A stretch of DNA of 64,000 bases from contig OZ024746.1 of the NCBI GenBank assembly GCA_964016885.1, positions 56,482,001 through 56,546,000 of the forward strand, written 5' to 3'. The stretch is from Eledone cirrhosa (lineage: Eukaryota). Made by a program: the position numbers and the translations under genes. Numbering within the stretch: position 1 is the first letter of the stretch; the number at the start of each line of letters is the position of its first letter. The notes beneath the pieces were generated by a model that made no database searches, had not been told where the DNA came from, and was given only the letters and a program-made list of their open reading frames with translations. Below are positions 27,198 through 40,219 of this stretch, piece after piece.

Positions 27198-27407
27198 TCT
27201 CATCTTGCATGTGCTTGTTTTACTTACTTTAAATACGATTCCATTCTTCATTTTGTATTTACCCGTCCGATGAAAGCTCGTATCGTTAAATCTTGGATAT
27301 TTGTAGCCTTTTCTTTTAGTGTTTAAATATAATATAATTCTTACCCGATAGGCTCCAGCCATATCGTGATTCAATACCTAATACTGGAACTTATACGCTT
27401 TCAGCTA
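26961..27407. repeat. ~150-bp inverted repeat pair around a (TA)n tract
   Basis: 26961-27113 is the reverse complement of 27254-27407. Confidence 0.85.
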
Positions 27408-27854
27408 GCTATATTTCGTTGGAAGTATTCTAAGCAGCTTTGAAAGTGTCAGAATGGAAATGTGTGATGCAACGTCTGAGAAACTCTTTCCCTCGTGAAT
27501 GTCTACTGAATAACGTTAAACATTTGATGGGTGTGTTACCTATTGATTGAAGCCAACAATTACAGTATCTGATGCAGTACTGCAACATCATCAGCATTCA
27601 TTCACCAAACGAATAGGATAGAGATAGGTGGAAAATCCCAAATAGCTATTTTTAATTCAATATCTATGCCAAACTTTACCTCTGGTCATGATTATATGTT
27701 AATGACTGAAAGTATTCAATTATAATGATCATGCTACCGAAAAGAGGTTTATTCGAAGGGTCTACGAATTGAAGTTACTACATATAGTACATAATTTAGA
27801 GATCAAATATACACATCTAGTAGAGCAGCTAAATATCATAGATCCTGTAGTACG

Positions 27855-28085
27855 AATAGGTGGTTAGAATGTCTAAGTAAAGTATCACTGGACAGATCTT
27901 ACGGGCAAAACCAACCGACAGAAGCCCCAAGGCTAGTCTCCAACATAATGCTGGTATAACATCCATGAGTTTGATGGACATCGCTAGGGTATGTAGCTGG
28001 ATTAATTGCAGACCGTTATTTTTAATAGTATTAGCCGTAGTGCTGGCTTGAAGACTCAGGCTTTACGACCTTCTCAGGAATAGGT
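27855..28085 (+). mobile_element. RTE LINE extreme 3' fragment
   Basis: Similar to 13620-13850 (GGTTAGAATGTCT..., AACATCCATG...). Confidence 0.6.
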
Positions 28086-28645
28086 AGATGTATGTCATTA
28101 ACCTCTCTGTAATTTTCAATGTTCTAGTATTAATGTGGTAACATGCCTCTGGTCATATTTTTCAGTGTGTCACTATTACATAACTTATTGTGTTTATTCT
28201 GAGGAATAATTCATTGACTATTTTCTCATTGATTGCTTTGTGACAGCCTTTGAAAATCGGATACGAAAGTGCTACCCACAGCTGCAAATTTACATTCGTT
28301 ATTATTTTATATCTTTATATATATATAAATATATTACATGTGAATCAGTGAATTACTGGTAGTGGTACCGAAACAAGCACTCGGTGTACAAGCAGAATAT
28401 TTATATTAACAAAACGATGAAGTTTTCTTTGCATGTAATTAGTTGTGTTTTGATTGTGATCGAGCTGTTACGCGCATTTCACAGAGGACTGGCTCAGGGT
28501 TACCGACAGATGATATGGACCCGATTCCATTATCAATCTACTTCTCAGACGTGCAATTCAACAAAAAGACGCACTTATGTATTTCTTTGATCTACCCGGT
28601 AGAATATAATTCCGGTGATAAATTAACACATACACAAATTAATAT

Positions 28646-28696
<51 letters not shown>

Positions 28697-30271
28697 TTAT
28701 ATGTGTGTATATATATCACAAAGTCAGTGTGGTAAGGAACCAAGTGGACCATAACGCACCAGAATACTCGATATTTTGGGTAGTAGAGTGGGTAATAGGA
28801 AAATTGTCAGCATACCGACGACATATATATATATATCTACATATATATATATATATACACATATATATATATCCATATATACATATATTATATATATATA
28901 TATATACATATATACATATATACATATATATGTATGTGGGTGCGTGTACCTATGCGTGCGTGTTTGTCTCTGTGGGCGTTCGTATGTATGGATAGATGAA
29001 TGGATATATGTAGGCATATATTATTTATATGCTATATTTCTTGTAACCGTATCATGTAAAGGAAAGCAATAACGAAGGGAAATATTTAAAAGGAAGAATA
29101 ATAACAAAAATATATTTGAAACAAAATGCAGAAAACAAAATTCTATTGGAATTGCTGGTCAATATAGAAAATAATAGTAACAAGATATAACAAAAATATA
29201 CAGAACAAAGATAACAAAATAATTAAAAATAAAGAACCAATTTAGTAATTTATTCAAGTTGATTATTTGAAAGCAACATAAAACGTGACCCCGTAAACAA
29301 CTTGGTCCAAAACTACCAAGAACTACTTTAAAGACTTTTATTAGCTCTTCTCTTCCAATTTATACTAATAAAATTGTCACTCTTATGAATAGAAGTAGAA
29401 AGAGTCAACATTATCATACTGTAGTCCAACCAATTTCTCCAGACTGAGTAAAATAAAAAATAAACAGAGTATTTAAAATGATAAAAAAATATGTGTATAA
29501 AAACCTACGAAACAAAGTGAAAAGCAACAACAAAGAAAGAGATGTATAGAAATGTATAACTAAAAACACACTCACAAGCACAAACAAATTAGAAGAGGGT
29601 AAACATTAGGCAGGAACAATACATGTGCTATTTTATGATTATTTCGAAACACTGTAATTTTCTTTACTCGTTTAAAATTTCTCTAACACTGACAAATAGA
29701 GACGATAATAATAAAACAACGACACATTAAATAATAAATATATGAGAACAATAACAAATTGCAAATAGCAACAAGAACGCGGATAATAACAATAGTAAAA
29801 ACATCATAAATCTAATTAATACTCACTATGATTGTAATAATAAGGACGACGATGATTATAATGACGAGGTTGACGAGGAGAAGGAGGAGGGGGATTGCGA
29901 TTGTAATAATATCGAAATGAATAATTATATACATAAATGCAATTCAGATGAATTAATAACATTAGGTTAATGTTATTTTTATTGCCATTATATCAAGTGA
30001 CGACCGTGGAGGTTTTAAATTCATGAAAATATATAAACACCCGAAACGTCCAAATGGAAGTACTCTGAGCCTATTATATGATACGTTACATAATTACACA
30101 TACACACACACACATACGCACACACACACACAACACACATATATGTGCTGTGCGTGTATGTAAGTATCTATCTATGTATGTATGATGAGATCATACATAG
30201 GGTTCAATACGTCTATGGATGTCCATAGAACTATTTTATCCTATTTTCTAGTCTATTATGTATAGTAAAGA

Positions 30272-30433
30272 TCAGTTATGACCCTTTATGATCTGAGTTC
30301 AAATCCCGGCGAGGTTAACTTTGCTTTTCATCTTTACGGGGTCGATAAAATAAAGTACCAGTCACGCACTGGGGTCGATTTGATCGACACTCCCCTCCCC
30401 CCAAATTGCTAGTATTGTGCCTATATAAGAAAC
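30272..30433 (+). mobile_element. 5'-truncated SINE (family A variant)
   Basis: GAGTTCAAATCCC B box plus core GGGGTCGATAAAATAAAGTACCAG. Confidence 0.8.
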
Positions 30434-32340
30434 CACTCTTTATATTAAACCACTGTGTTCACAGCCTATTACTGCGTTTGATATTTTCTAGTTTCTAGCA
30501 ATGTATACACACATACATACATATGTGTGTGTCTGCGTGTGTCTCTGTCTGTCTGTGTGTGTGTGGGTATGTGGGTGTATGTTAGTTAATCACCAACACT
30601 ATGATGAAGTACTAGTCAACAGATTCAAATTTACTTCATTTACTATCAATATATATTCTATACATCATGCAGTGGGGCAGTTTATTATGTTTAAGTCATA
30701 TGTCACCGCTGCCTTGATAAAGCAACACAACATATCAGCTAGGAATATATCAATGAATTGAAACAACAGAAGACATTTTTATATATTCTTCATGTTTTTT
30801 TTCCTGGAAGGCGGGGGCGGGGGTTCTGTTCAACTAATATATATAGTGGGAGAAAGCGAGAGTGGTGTATAAGTAAAATCCCGACCTTGGCACCAATTTA
30901 AAGATAATTGTTTTGTTCTATCTGATAAAGTATTTGATTATAATTGTAAATATAAAATGGTTTTAATTTTTGTCATATTTTTCCGATTTCCCTTGGAATG
31001 TGAATCATTAAATATGTTAAAAAATCTGTTCCCATATTATGAGGGTAGTTAGAACATATGATATGTTTTTCTCTTAAAATCTCCTCTTATATATGTTCTG
31101 CATGAAGGAGAGATAATGATGTTGGAAGTGAGTTTCCACATGTCAGGATTCAAATGGTTCACAACAAAATCCTCTTGATATAGATAGAAAGTTCCTTTTT
31201 TATTCAGAATAAAGGTCGAGATAGCATTTTCTTGTTTTGTAGTGTGTAGTTTGGTAGCGTTCCAATAGTTCAAGAGCTTTTGTGAGGATAGATGGTTTAA
31301 ATACAAAGTTGACCTCTCTCTGTTTCGAAATCAGGTGGTAAAGAGGCAGAATAATTATTGCAAAGCATTAATTCTGACGACCTACCCTTTCAAATAATCC
31401 ACAATGATAAAGATTTCTAATTTAAGCACAACGCCAACAACGGGGAATTGCGTTTAAATCCACTCTAGTATTTCACTGATACGTGATGTTACGGATCCAG
31501 TAGACTGAATAGATATCGTTCTCATTCAAAATCAAAATGTAAAGAGACACCATACAAGAAATGTCCCAAAGCAATTTCTCTGACGCTCTAACAATTATGC
31601 CACATCAGAACTGAACAAGCAAACGATACTAAAGGTCTTTTGATATCGAAGACAATTTTGACAAGTACGTCTATAATAACTGTTCATAATAGATGAATAA
31701 AATAAAAAAAACAGCTGGTAGTTGTCGAACTCTATCTATTCAACGACAGTTCTTTTAATAACCTTGCATTGTTTTCACATTTTCTTCATATTGTTTACAT
31801 ATTGTTTACAGTTATTTTATTCCTTTTTATAAAAATAAGAACAACAATAATAATATTAATTATTATTATAATTAAAATTATTATTATTGTTATTATTATG
31901 ATTATTATTATTATACCATCAACAATAAAAATTATAATAGTCGTCTTGTTTTTGTTTTAAAATGAATTTCTGGTCAATGATTTCTTTGGGGTTTGTCTCT
32001 GTATTGTATCATTTTCAATATAACGCAATTTTTTTTGTTCATGTACATTCTACTCAACAACGTTCATTCGTTTATGTTAATTTTCAGTTCACTGACATAC
32101 AGTATATGTATGTATATATATACATGTATGTTCTGGTTTTATAATGTTATACATTTTTACCAATAGAAAGAGAGCCGGCTTTTAACATAGATACAAGGCT
32201 CTCTCATTCGAATCTAAACAACTTCATCCAGGTTGATACATGCATGTGTGTGAAGATATGGATGGTAGTGTATGTGCATGATTTTAGTTATATGTGTGCA
32301 TGTGTATATGGTTTGTATCTGTACATGTATACATGCACTT

Positions 32341-34180
32341 ATTAGATGCAGAATTTTTGGAATGTTTTACATATTTTTACTGTTCAATTGATGGATTGTA
32401 CTTGTAATTTCCTAACTAGTCATGTTCTTTCTGTTTCTGGGAAGCCTGTATTCTCAAGATTTGTATTGAAGAAGTTACTAACATATCCCAGTGCCTCAAT
32501 AGTCACAGGTATAATTTTGAAGGTATAATCAGGGTGGAGTATCTGCAGATTTCTAATTAATTCTGCATAGATGTTCTCCATTTAACTGATATTTATTATT
32601 ATATTCGCATTTGTTTGGCAGCTAACTTCCACTAATCTGCATGCCTTCTTTTCCCTGTTCCATATCATTATACATGCTCTGTTATATATGCCTTTTATTG
32701 GGGTTTTGACTAGAACATTCCACTAGTATTCTTTGATATTATGTATGTGTATGTCTTCCCCATTGTTGTAACTTTAAATGTGTTCATTGTCGATGCTATC
32801 TTTTCTACAGATTGCATTGCACAGTGATTTGACCACTACATCATGCCTCATAGGTAGATAGTACCCTGATGACATCTTTGGACAGCTACTTATGGCATGT
32901 TGATTCTGCAGAGTGTGCATTTGTTGTCACATCTAGGTGTTTTGCCTGCATTTTGTTATGATTTCCTGTTCTTCGACTGCAAAGGCATATCCTTCATAGT
33001 GGGGGCCAATATAGCGGTTGTTGGATCAAGATAGACTACTTTGCTTATCTACATTACTCTTAGTCTGGCGCTATCCTTACAATGACATTTTGCTTATAAG
33101 CATGCAGTTTTTCATCCATAGATTCACTGTCGTATTGCTTGGCAATTTCCCTGGGTGTGATCTTTTGATTATCATGCAGGGAGTATATTTCAAGAAGTTC
33201 CTTTTCCAACTCTCATGATCTTATCTATCTCATGCAGACATACTTGCTCACTAGATGGGCTCCTACTCTTGGACATTTGTAAATGCTGTCGAGGGGATAT
33301 GATACGACATTGAAATGTTGTCTGGACTGATATTAGCCCTCTGCCTCCCTGCTTACGTTTCGAGTAGAGGCGGTCTATGTCACTGTTGATATGGAAGTTT
33401 CGAGTTTTTAGGTTTCACCTATCGCCCAATGGAGTATTCCAAACGTTAGGGTTAGGACAGGCACATCAAACACATTATGAGCCACTGATTTATTGTGCGC
33501 AGAGAGTTTCAATTACCTTATTTTTATTAAACGAGTGCAATATTCCCTGGTTACGCGTTCCTTATTACAAATGCCATTATCGGATATATTCTCATCTATC
33601 CCCAAATATCTGTAGCAGTCCTCATCAGATATTGGTGAAACAGTTAGGCTATTGACAAAAATGTTAGATTGGGTGTAGTTTTCCCACGCTTTACCATCAT
33701 ATATAAACATATATCTTGATCAAACTCCATTCCTATACAGGATAGATATTGGCACAGAGAAATTGTCTCCTTGAAATATACCCATGGAACGTTCTATTTT
33801 ATAAGTGAAAATAGTCTTCCTTATCTGTTTTTTTAACTTTAACTTCTCTATGGCTCTGATAATAATGCCTGGGGCGTTAGAATGTCCGAGGGCCTCTGCA
33901 TCCATATTATAGCCATATTTCAATTAAGTTTTCGCACCTCCTTCGTCGAAGTTTAGTTAGTTAGGAGTTGTTCAGCACACACCCAAACAACTTTCTTTCC
34001 AACTGCTCGTTCATCTGTGATGATGTTTTTATTTTCACAGTTATCTTTGAGAAATAGGTTTAGGCACGCTGTATACATCAGGTTATGGTATGAATTGGGT
34101 TGGTAATTTTTTGCCAAGTGGGTGTTTTTTTGGGGGGGACCATCAGTGTTTGTGCTGATTACAACCATTCCGGCAGTACG
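32341..34180 (-). mobile_element. Older, heavily decayed RLE-type LINE (R4-like, different family)
   Basis: Fragments VLPEWL, AKNYQP, EQLLTN, GIFQGD, YRYLGIDEN, RHDVV, LVEVSC, TVKICKTF, with many stops and frameshifts. Confidence 0.75.
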
Positions 34181-35446
34181 TCGAGGTAGAAACTAAAGCC
34201 ATCCCTCGATCCGGAGCGCCGCTGCCCGCGAACAGCTGTGCGAAGTGTCGTTGAAAAGCTTCACATATTTGCCCGGGATCGAGTAACATGCGCCGTCGTG
34301 ATCCACCACAGACCGGATCGTGGCTTTGTTGCCACGACGCGCCTCCGCCACTCGGGCCCATTGAACGGCTTTCGTCCCCTCGCGTCTGAGAGCACGCACC
34401 CTAGCTCTGACAACGCAGCCTTCGTGCTTTGCATTGAAGAATTGGTCAAGCGCCAATTTCGCCGCAAGTACGTCGGTCGCGATGCCTTTGCTAAGCGCCT
34501 CATCTAATTTTCTAACTAGTTCTCCCGCTGCTCTATTGTTCTCTATTGCTAAAGCCTTACTAAACCTAATGGATTCTATTCTAATCGCTCTTTTCAGAGT
34601 AAATCACCACTAGTTGTTGACGATGGCCCACGTCAACGCCCGCTTAACTAGTTCGCTAATCCGGTCTCTGTAGGCCTTGCGTGCTGGTAAGGACGCGTTT
34701 AGCTTCCAGTAGCCGGGTCCGCGTCTATGAAGCCTAAATCAGTCAAGCACACAGATCACGAATTTGTGGTCCGTGTAGCTGACTATCTTAAATTATGGAC
34801 AGCCTATGCTAGACCTATCTATTTCCATACAAAATACTCTATCTAGATATGATCTGGATAACCCCATGCGATTTGTTCAAGACCACATTGGCACATTCGG
34901 GAAATCCAATCGGTAACTGTCAGACAGTTCAAAGCGTCTGAGCAGGTTGGTGAGGCTCTTACACCCTCCTCCCCTATCAGCTAATCCCACACAGTCCAAG
35001 CGTGCATCTAAGATGCCGGTCCAGTCTCCCACTAACACTAAAGAGCAGGACGTTCCAAGAAAGGTCTCCAGACGCCGGAAGAAATCAGGCCGCCCTGATC
35101 CTGTCGGGGCATAGACGGACACTAGCCTGAAAGCTTGCCCGTCTCCGCGGGTCACGTCCAGCACCACCAACTTACCTACTGGGTCCAGGAAGATGGCCCG
35201 TATGTCGAGATCCAAACCTCTACGAAAAAGCACAGCAACTCCTCCCCCCGATCTAGGACGACTGGGAGATGTGTACACATTGTAGCCACCGAAGATTGTT
35301 GCGAAGGCCCATGCTTCGGAGATTCTGGTCTCGTTGATGGCCACTACATCTATGTTTAGTGACCTGAGGTCGCTGAGCAGGTGGTCCTGCTGCTATGACG
35401 ACTCCAAGCCACGCGCATTTATGCTACCTATTCTGAGTGAGGTCAT
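34181..35446 (-). pseudogene. Tx1/L1-like ORF2, APE endonuclease and linker (RT missing)
   Basis: MTSLRIGSINARGL, DVVAINET, GGGVAVL, LVSVYAP, LVGDW, SYLDRVF, TDHKFV, PGYWKLNAS. Confidence 0.88.
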
Positions 35447-36079
35447 GTTGAAATGGAGTGGAAAAGATGGAAAGACCACTTACCTTACTTCTCGTAGAGG
35501 AAGGATGGTTTCTCCATCTTGTCACTGCTTGTGGTCTCCTCCGGAAGGATGTCCTTATAAATCCTCCTGGAGGGTGCTTGTCGGAAGTCTCCGATATCTT
35601 TGGGGAATTATTGTTTTTGTGTCGTGTATGTTTTCTCTGTGATGCGAGTGATTTGTATGTGTGGAGGTGGTTTGAACTTTTGGGATGTTGTATTGTCTTT
35701 TTCTGTGATGCTGGTGTTGTGTTGGATGTAGTGTAATAATTGGTTGTTCAAATTAAATGCTGTGTAGTGTGTATCGTTTTGGTTGTTTTGTTTTGTTTGC
35801 GTTTGTTGTGGGTTTGTTTCTGTTTCGCTTTTTGGTGACTTTTGTGGAGTTGGTGTTAGTGGTGTTGTGTTAATGATGGTGATGGTGATGGTGTTTGTGG
35901 TGATGGGGTTGGTGATGCTGGCGTGGATGGTGGCATATCTGTCCTAATTTTTTTGTTTGATAGTTTATTTGTTTCCCTTTGTATTTTGTTTTTGGAGGGG
36001 GAAGGAAGCGGATTTTTTCTTTTTTGGTTTCTTTTTCTTTTTTTTCTGTTTTCCTTATACCGTTTCCCACTCCTCGTCG

Positions 36080-37399
36080 TCACAATGTCTCCAGATGCGA
36101 TAGGTCGAGGAGTGGAAAATCCTCCACAGGCGTTGGTTTTGGTTGTGGCGTGGTGGATGGTGTAGGCGCTGGTGCTAGTTCTGGCGCGTTGGGTGGTGGT
36201 GGTGTTGGTTTTGCTACTGTTGCTGGGGTTGTTGCTGTTACAGTTGCTTCTGTTGTTGCTGCTACAGTTGTTGCTGCCATTTCTGCTGCTTGTGGTGTTG
36301 ATGGCTGAGACACTGGGTTGGGTAAGAGAGGTGGCCTCAACCTTTTAGCCTGAGGGCAGAAAGCACTTAGGTGGGTTCCTTCACCAAAAACGACACACCT
36401 AGGCCTTCTGCCCTTGACGATTACGGTGAGGTGGCTGCCGTCAGTGAGGTCTATTACCTCTGGGATCTTCTCAATGCTTTTTTGATCCACTTGGATCAGG
36501 AGCTCCATCCCAGATCCGGACCAGTTCTCCTGCTTTTCTTTCACTATTTCGATTATCTTGGTGTTGGTCTCGATGCCGGCAGCCATTAGCCAGCGAATTT
36601 CGATGGCCGGTGGAACGTGGGTCACCCTAATCTTTACGAGTCTCGGGCCACAATAGCTTGGGACGAGTGAGAAATCGTGACTTCTTAATGGGGCCATGGA
36701 TTATTCTCTGTGCTGTTTCAAAGTACACGTCCACGGTTCCATATTTCTGCCAACGTCTGATGTGGGTTTTTTTCGCCCACACATGTCCCAAAGCTTTTGG
36801 GATTTGGGACTCAGATGCCCGTTTCACTCAGCGCGATTTCATGTTAATCGTACGAAAAGACACGGTGCATAGGCGCCGATGCTCCATTTTATTAGGTGGG
36901 GGGAGGCTGACCCTGTACCAATCTTTCTTTACCATTCTTTTGGCTTCTTCTAATTCCCCCTGAGTTACCTGGAATGCTTTGCACTTTTTTGCTACTCTGG
37001 CAAAATACAGGGTTGTTTTCTTAATTTCATTGTTGCTGTTGTTGTTATATTTATTTTTGTTATTGTTAATTTTAGTTTCAGGTGTGCTGGTGGTGGCGTC
37101 AGTTGTGTTCGTTGTGGAAGATTTCATTTTGGGTGAATTCATTTCGATATCACGGGATAATTTTTTTTTTCTTTTGTTTCTGTTGTAGCTGTGGTGTAAG
37201 TGGGGGTGGTGGCTTCAACATCTGTAGTCCTTGGTAATGGCGGGAAATAAATGTCTGCCTGAGACAAATTTAAAATATTGCTACTGCTTATATATTTAGA
37301 GTTGGCAAACGTAGTAATATTTACAATAGTGGTGTCGGTGTGTGGTGTTAGTTTGTGAGGAAGGCTCTCAGCTACTTGGTACAGCTGTGAGTCGGCCAT
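36080..37399 (-). pseudogene. Tx1/L1-like ORF1 (gag-like), frameshifted
   Basis: Serial ORF pieces 37139-37399, 36828-37142, 36627-36827 and 36080-36697; degenerate zinc knuckle RRPRCVVFGEGTHLSAFCP and a Pro/Thr-rich tail; lies upstream of the APE ORF. Confidence 0.75.
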
Positions 37400-37647
37400 G
37401 AATTTTTTTTTTTATAATTATAAAATTTACATTTTGGGCCCAAGGCCACAATTGTTTTCAGTGTCCTTTTCAGAAAACAATTTATGTACACTTATATACA
37501 GTTAACAATAAAAATGTTCCATAAATGGCAATTTTAAACAACTGAAACCAACAAACCTTTGCGGAGCTCACGATGATAGATATACTACGTAGGTCGCCAA
37601 TAATAATAATAATAATTATTATTATTATTATAATAATAATAATAATA

Positions 37648-40200
37648 ATAGAGGAACTGAAGCAACGCATTGTAGCAAAGAGTGCAAAAATCAGGCGATA
37701 CGAGAACAGAGTCAGTCAGTATAAACAGAACCGCATGTTCGACAACAACCAGAAGATGCTGTTTGGACAGCTTGAGGGGAAAGAAAGAGGCAACGACTTG
37801 ATCCCTGGGGCGGAGCAAACTAAAACATTCTGGAGAGGAATATGGGAGCAGGATGTTAGACATAATGTCCAGGCAGGGTGGATTGAGACAGTACAGAGGG
37901 AGATCGGTGAGCAGGCACACCAACAAACTGATTTGAGTATCACAGCTGAAACTCTTAAGGGGCAGGCCAAAAAACTAACCAACTGGAAATCACCAGGCCC
38001 AGATGGTGTGCAGGGGTATTGGATTAAAAATTTAACATCCCTCCACCCGAAGCTGACGGCCATGTTCAATGACTGCTTGGTGTCGGGTGAGGTGCCAGAG
38101 TGGTTGACAAAAGGTACCACAGTTCTGATAATGAAAGACCGAATCAAGGGTAATGATGTTACCAACTATAGACCTATCACATGTCTGTGAGTAATGTGGA
38201 AACTGTTGACGAGCATTGTGTCTGAGGAAATCTACCATCACCTCCACACAAACAACTTGTTACCGGACGAACAGAAAGGATGCCGAAAGAAGTCACGTGG
38301 TACAAAGGACCAGTTACTTATTGATAAGATGGTAATGGGGAATTGCAGGAGGAGACACACTGATCTTGCCATGGGATGGATAGACTACAGAAAGGCATTT
38401 GACATGGTGCCTCATTCTTGGATCACCAAAAGCCTGGAGATCTTCAGGGTGGCAGATAACATCAGACAGTTGCTGGGCAGGAGTATGGGGTCCTGGGAGA
38501 CAGAGTTGACATCAACTGGAGTATCCTTGGGAAGCGTGAAGATCAAGAGAGGTATCTTCCAGGGAGATAGCCTGTCCCCTCTGTTGTTTGTCCTTGCCCT
38601 GATGCCCTTTACCATTATGCTGCGAAAAGTGAGAGCAGGATACAAGTTGGCAAAGGGAGAGCTTACCATCAATCACATCCTCTTCATGGACGATCTTAAG
38701 CTCTTCGGGAAAAGTGAGAAGGAGTTGGATGTGCTTGTTGACACTGTCCGTATTTTCAGCAGTGATATATGTATGCAGTTTGGTATTAGTAAATGTGGAG
38801 TCATTGTGATGAGGAGGGGTAGGTTGAGCAGAAGTAACGGGATCCAGATACCAACAGGTGAGATGATAAAGGAAATTGACTCTGAGGAAGGATACAAGTA
38901 TTTGGGCGTTCTGCAGACTGATGGCATAAAGAAGAAAAAAATGAAGGAATTGTTAAGAACTGAATGCATTCGGAGAGTAAGGAGCGTATTGAAGTCACAT
39001 CTGAACAGCAGAAATGCCATAAGCGCAGTAAATTCCCGAGCTGTGTCTATTATTAGGTACAGTGCGGGAATTCTGAGATGGAATGTTGCTGAACAAAAAG
39101 ATATGGATAGGAAGACTAGGAAGCTATTGACTATCTACAACATGTTCCACAAGAGGAGTGATGTCGATAGACTCTACCTAAGGAGATCTGAGGGTGGAAG
39201 AGGTCTTATCAGCATAGAGGACTGTGTTCAGATGGAGAAAAACAACCTATACAAATACGTGACCTATAGTAAGGAGCCAATGCTCAGAACTGTACTGAAG
39301 GAGGGGACAGTAGGCCAGGGGATGTCCAAGGAGGAAATAACATCAAGGAGGAAGAGCAGCCTTAAGGGAAAATCCCTTCATAGTACCTTCTTTGAGAAAA
39401 CTGAATTTAGAGATCCACAGACATGGAACTGGTTGAGAAGAGGAGACCTCAAAAAGGCTACAGAAGGAATGCTAATGGCTGCGCAGGAGCAGGCCCTCAA
39501 AACGAAGTGGTTGAAGCACCATATTTACAAGGAGGAGGCTAGCCCGCTGTGCAGGATCTGTGGAGAGAGAGAGGAGTCTGTTGTTCACATTGTGTCCGAG
39601 TGTAAACACCTAGCCCAGACCCACTATAAGGGCTGGAGACACGATGTGATGGGCAGGGTGATCCACTGGCACCTGTGCAAAGTAAACAATTTACAACATT
39701 CTGAGAAATGGTATGAGCTTAGGCCAGAGGCGGTGATGGAGAACAATCAGGTAAAGGTACTGTGGGATTTTAGGATACAGACGGACAAAAAACTGGAACA
39801 CAATAGACCTGACCTGGTGGTTGTGGACAAAGAAAAAAGATCGTGTCTGATTGTGGATGTGGCCTGCCCTTTCGACACGAGAGTGGAAGAGAAGGAGAGG
39901 GAGAAATTAACCGATACCAGGACCTAAAGTGGGAGGTGAAAAGGATTTGGAACTGCCATGAAATCAAAGTGATCCCGATTGTCATAGGCGCACTGGGGAC
40001 TATCTCCAAAAGTTTCCAGGGATGGTTAAAGAAAATCGGCCCCTTCACGCTTTTTGGAACGCTTCAAAAGGCATGATTTCTTGGAACAGCAAGAACCCTC
40101 CGATACGTCCTGAATATCTGATGCTGCAGGTATTGGCTTGATATTCATTCCAACGGACTTTCCAGTTAACCAACATCAATGACTGAGATTCAAGGAATAA
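37648..40200 (+). mobile_element. R4/Dong-like RLE LINE, 5'-truncated, best-preserved copy
   Basis: ORFs 37573-38190 and 38194-39927 are separated by one in-frame TGA; RT (LFMDD), CCHC and RPD..D RLE motifs; preceded by (TAA)n 37600-37650 and followed by an AAT tail. Confidence 0.95.
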
Positions 40201-40219
40201 CAACAATAATAATAATAAT

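Noticed and set aside
28345-28380. Hammerhead-like GGTA GTGG TACC GAAAC
   Set aside because: No CUGANGA box upstream.
35856-36308. His-, Lys- and Val-rich small ORFs
   Set aside because: Low-complexity alternative frames at the end of the Tx1-like ORF1.
38188-38190. In-frame TGA in the Dong ORF as programmed readthrough or selenocysteine
   Set aside because: The other two copies have TCC (Ser) at this position, so it is a copy-specific mutation.
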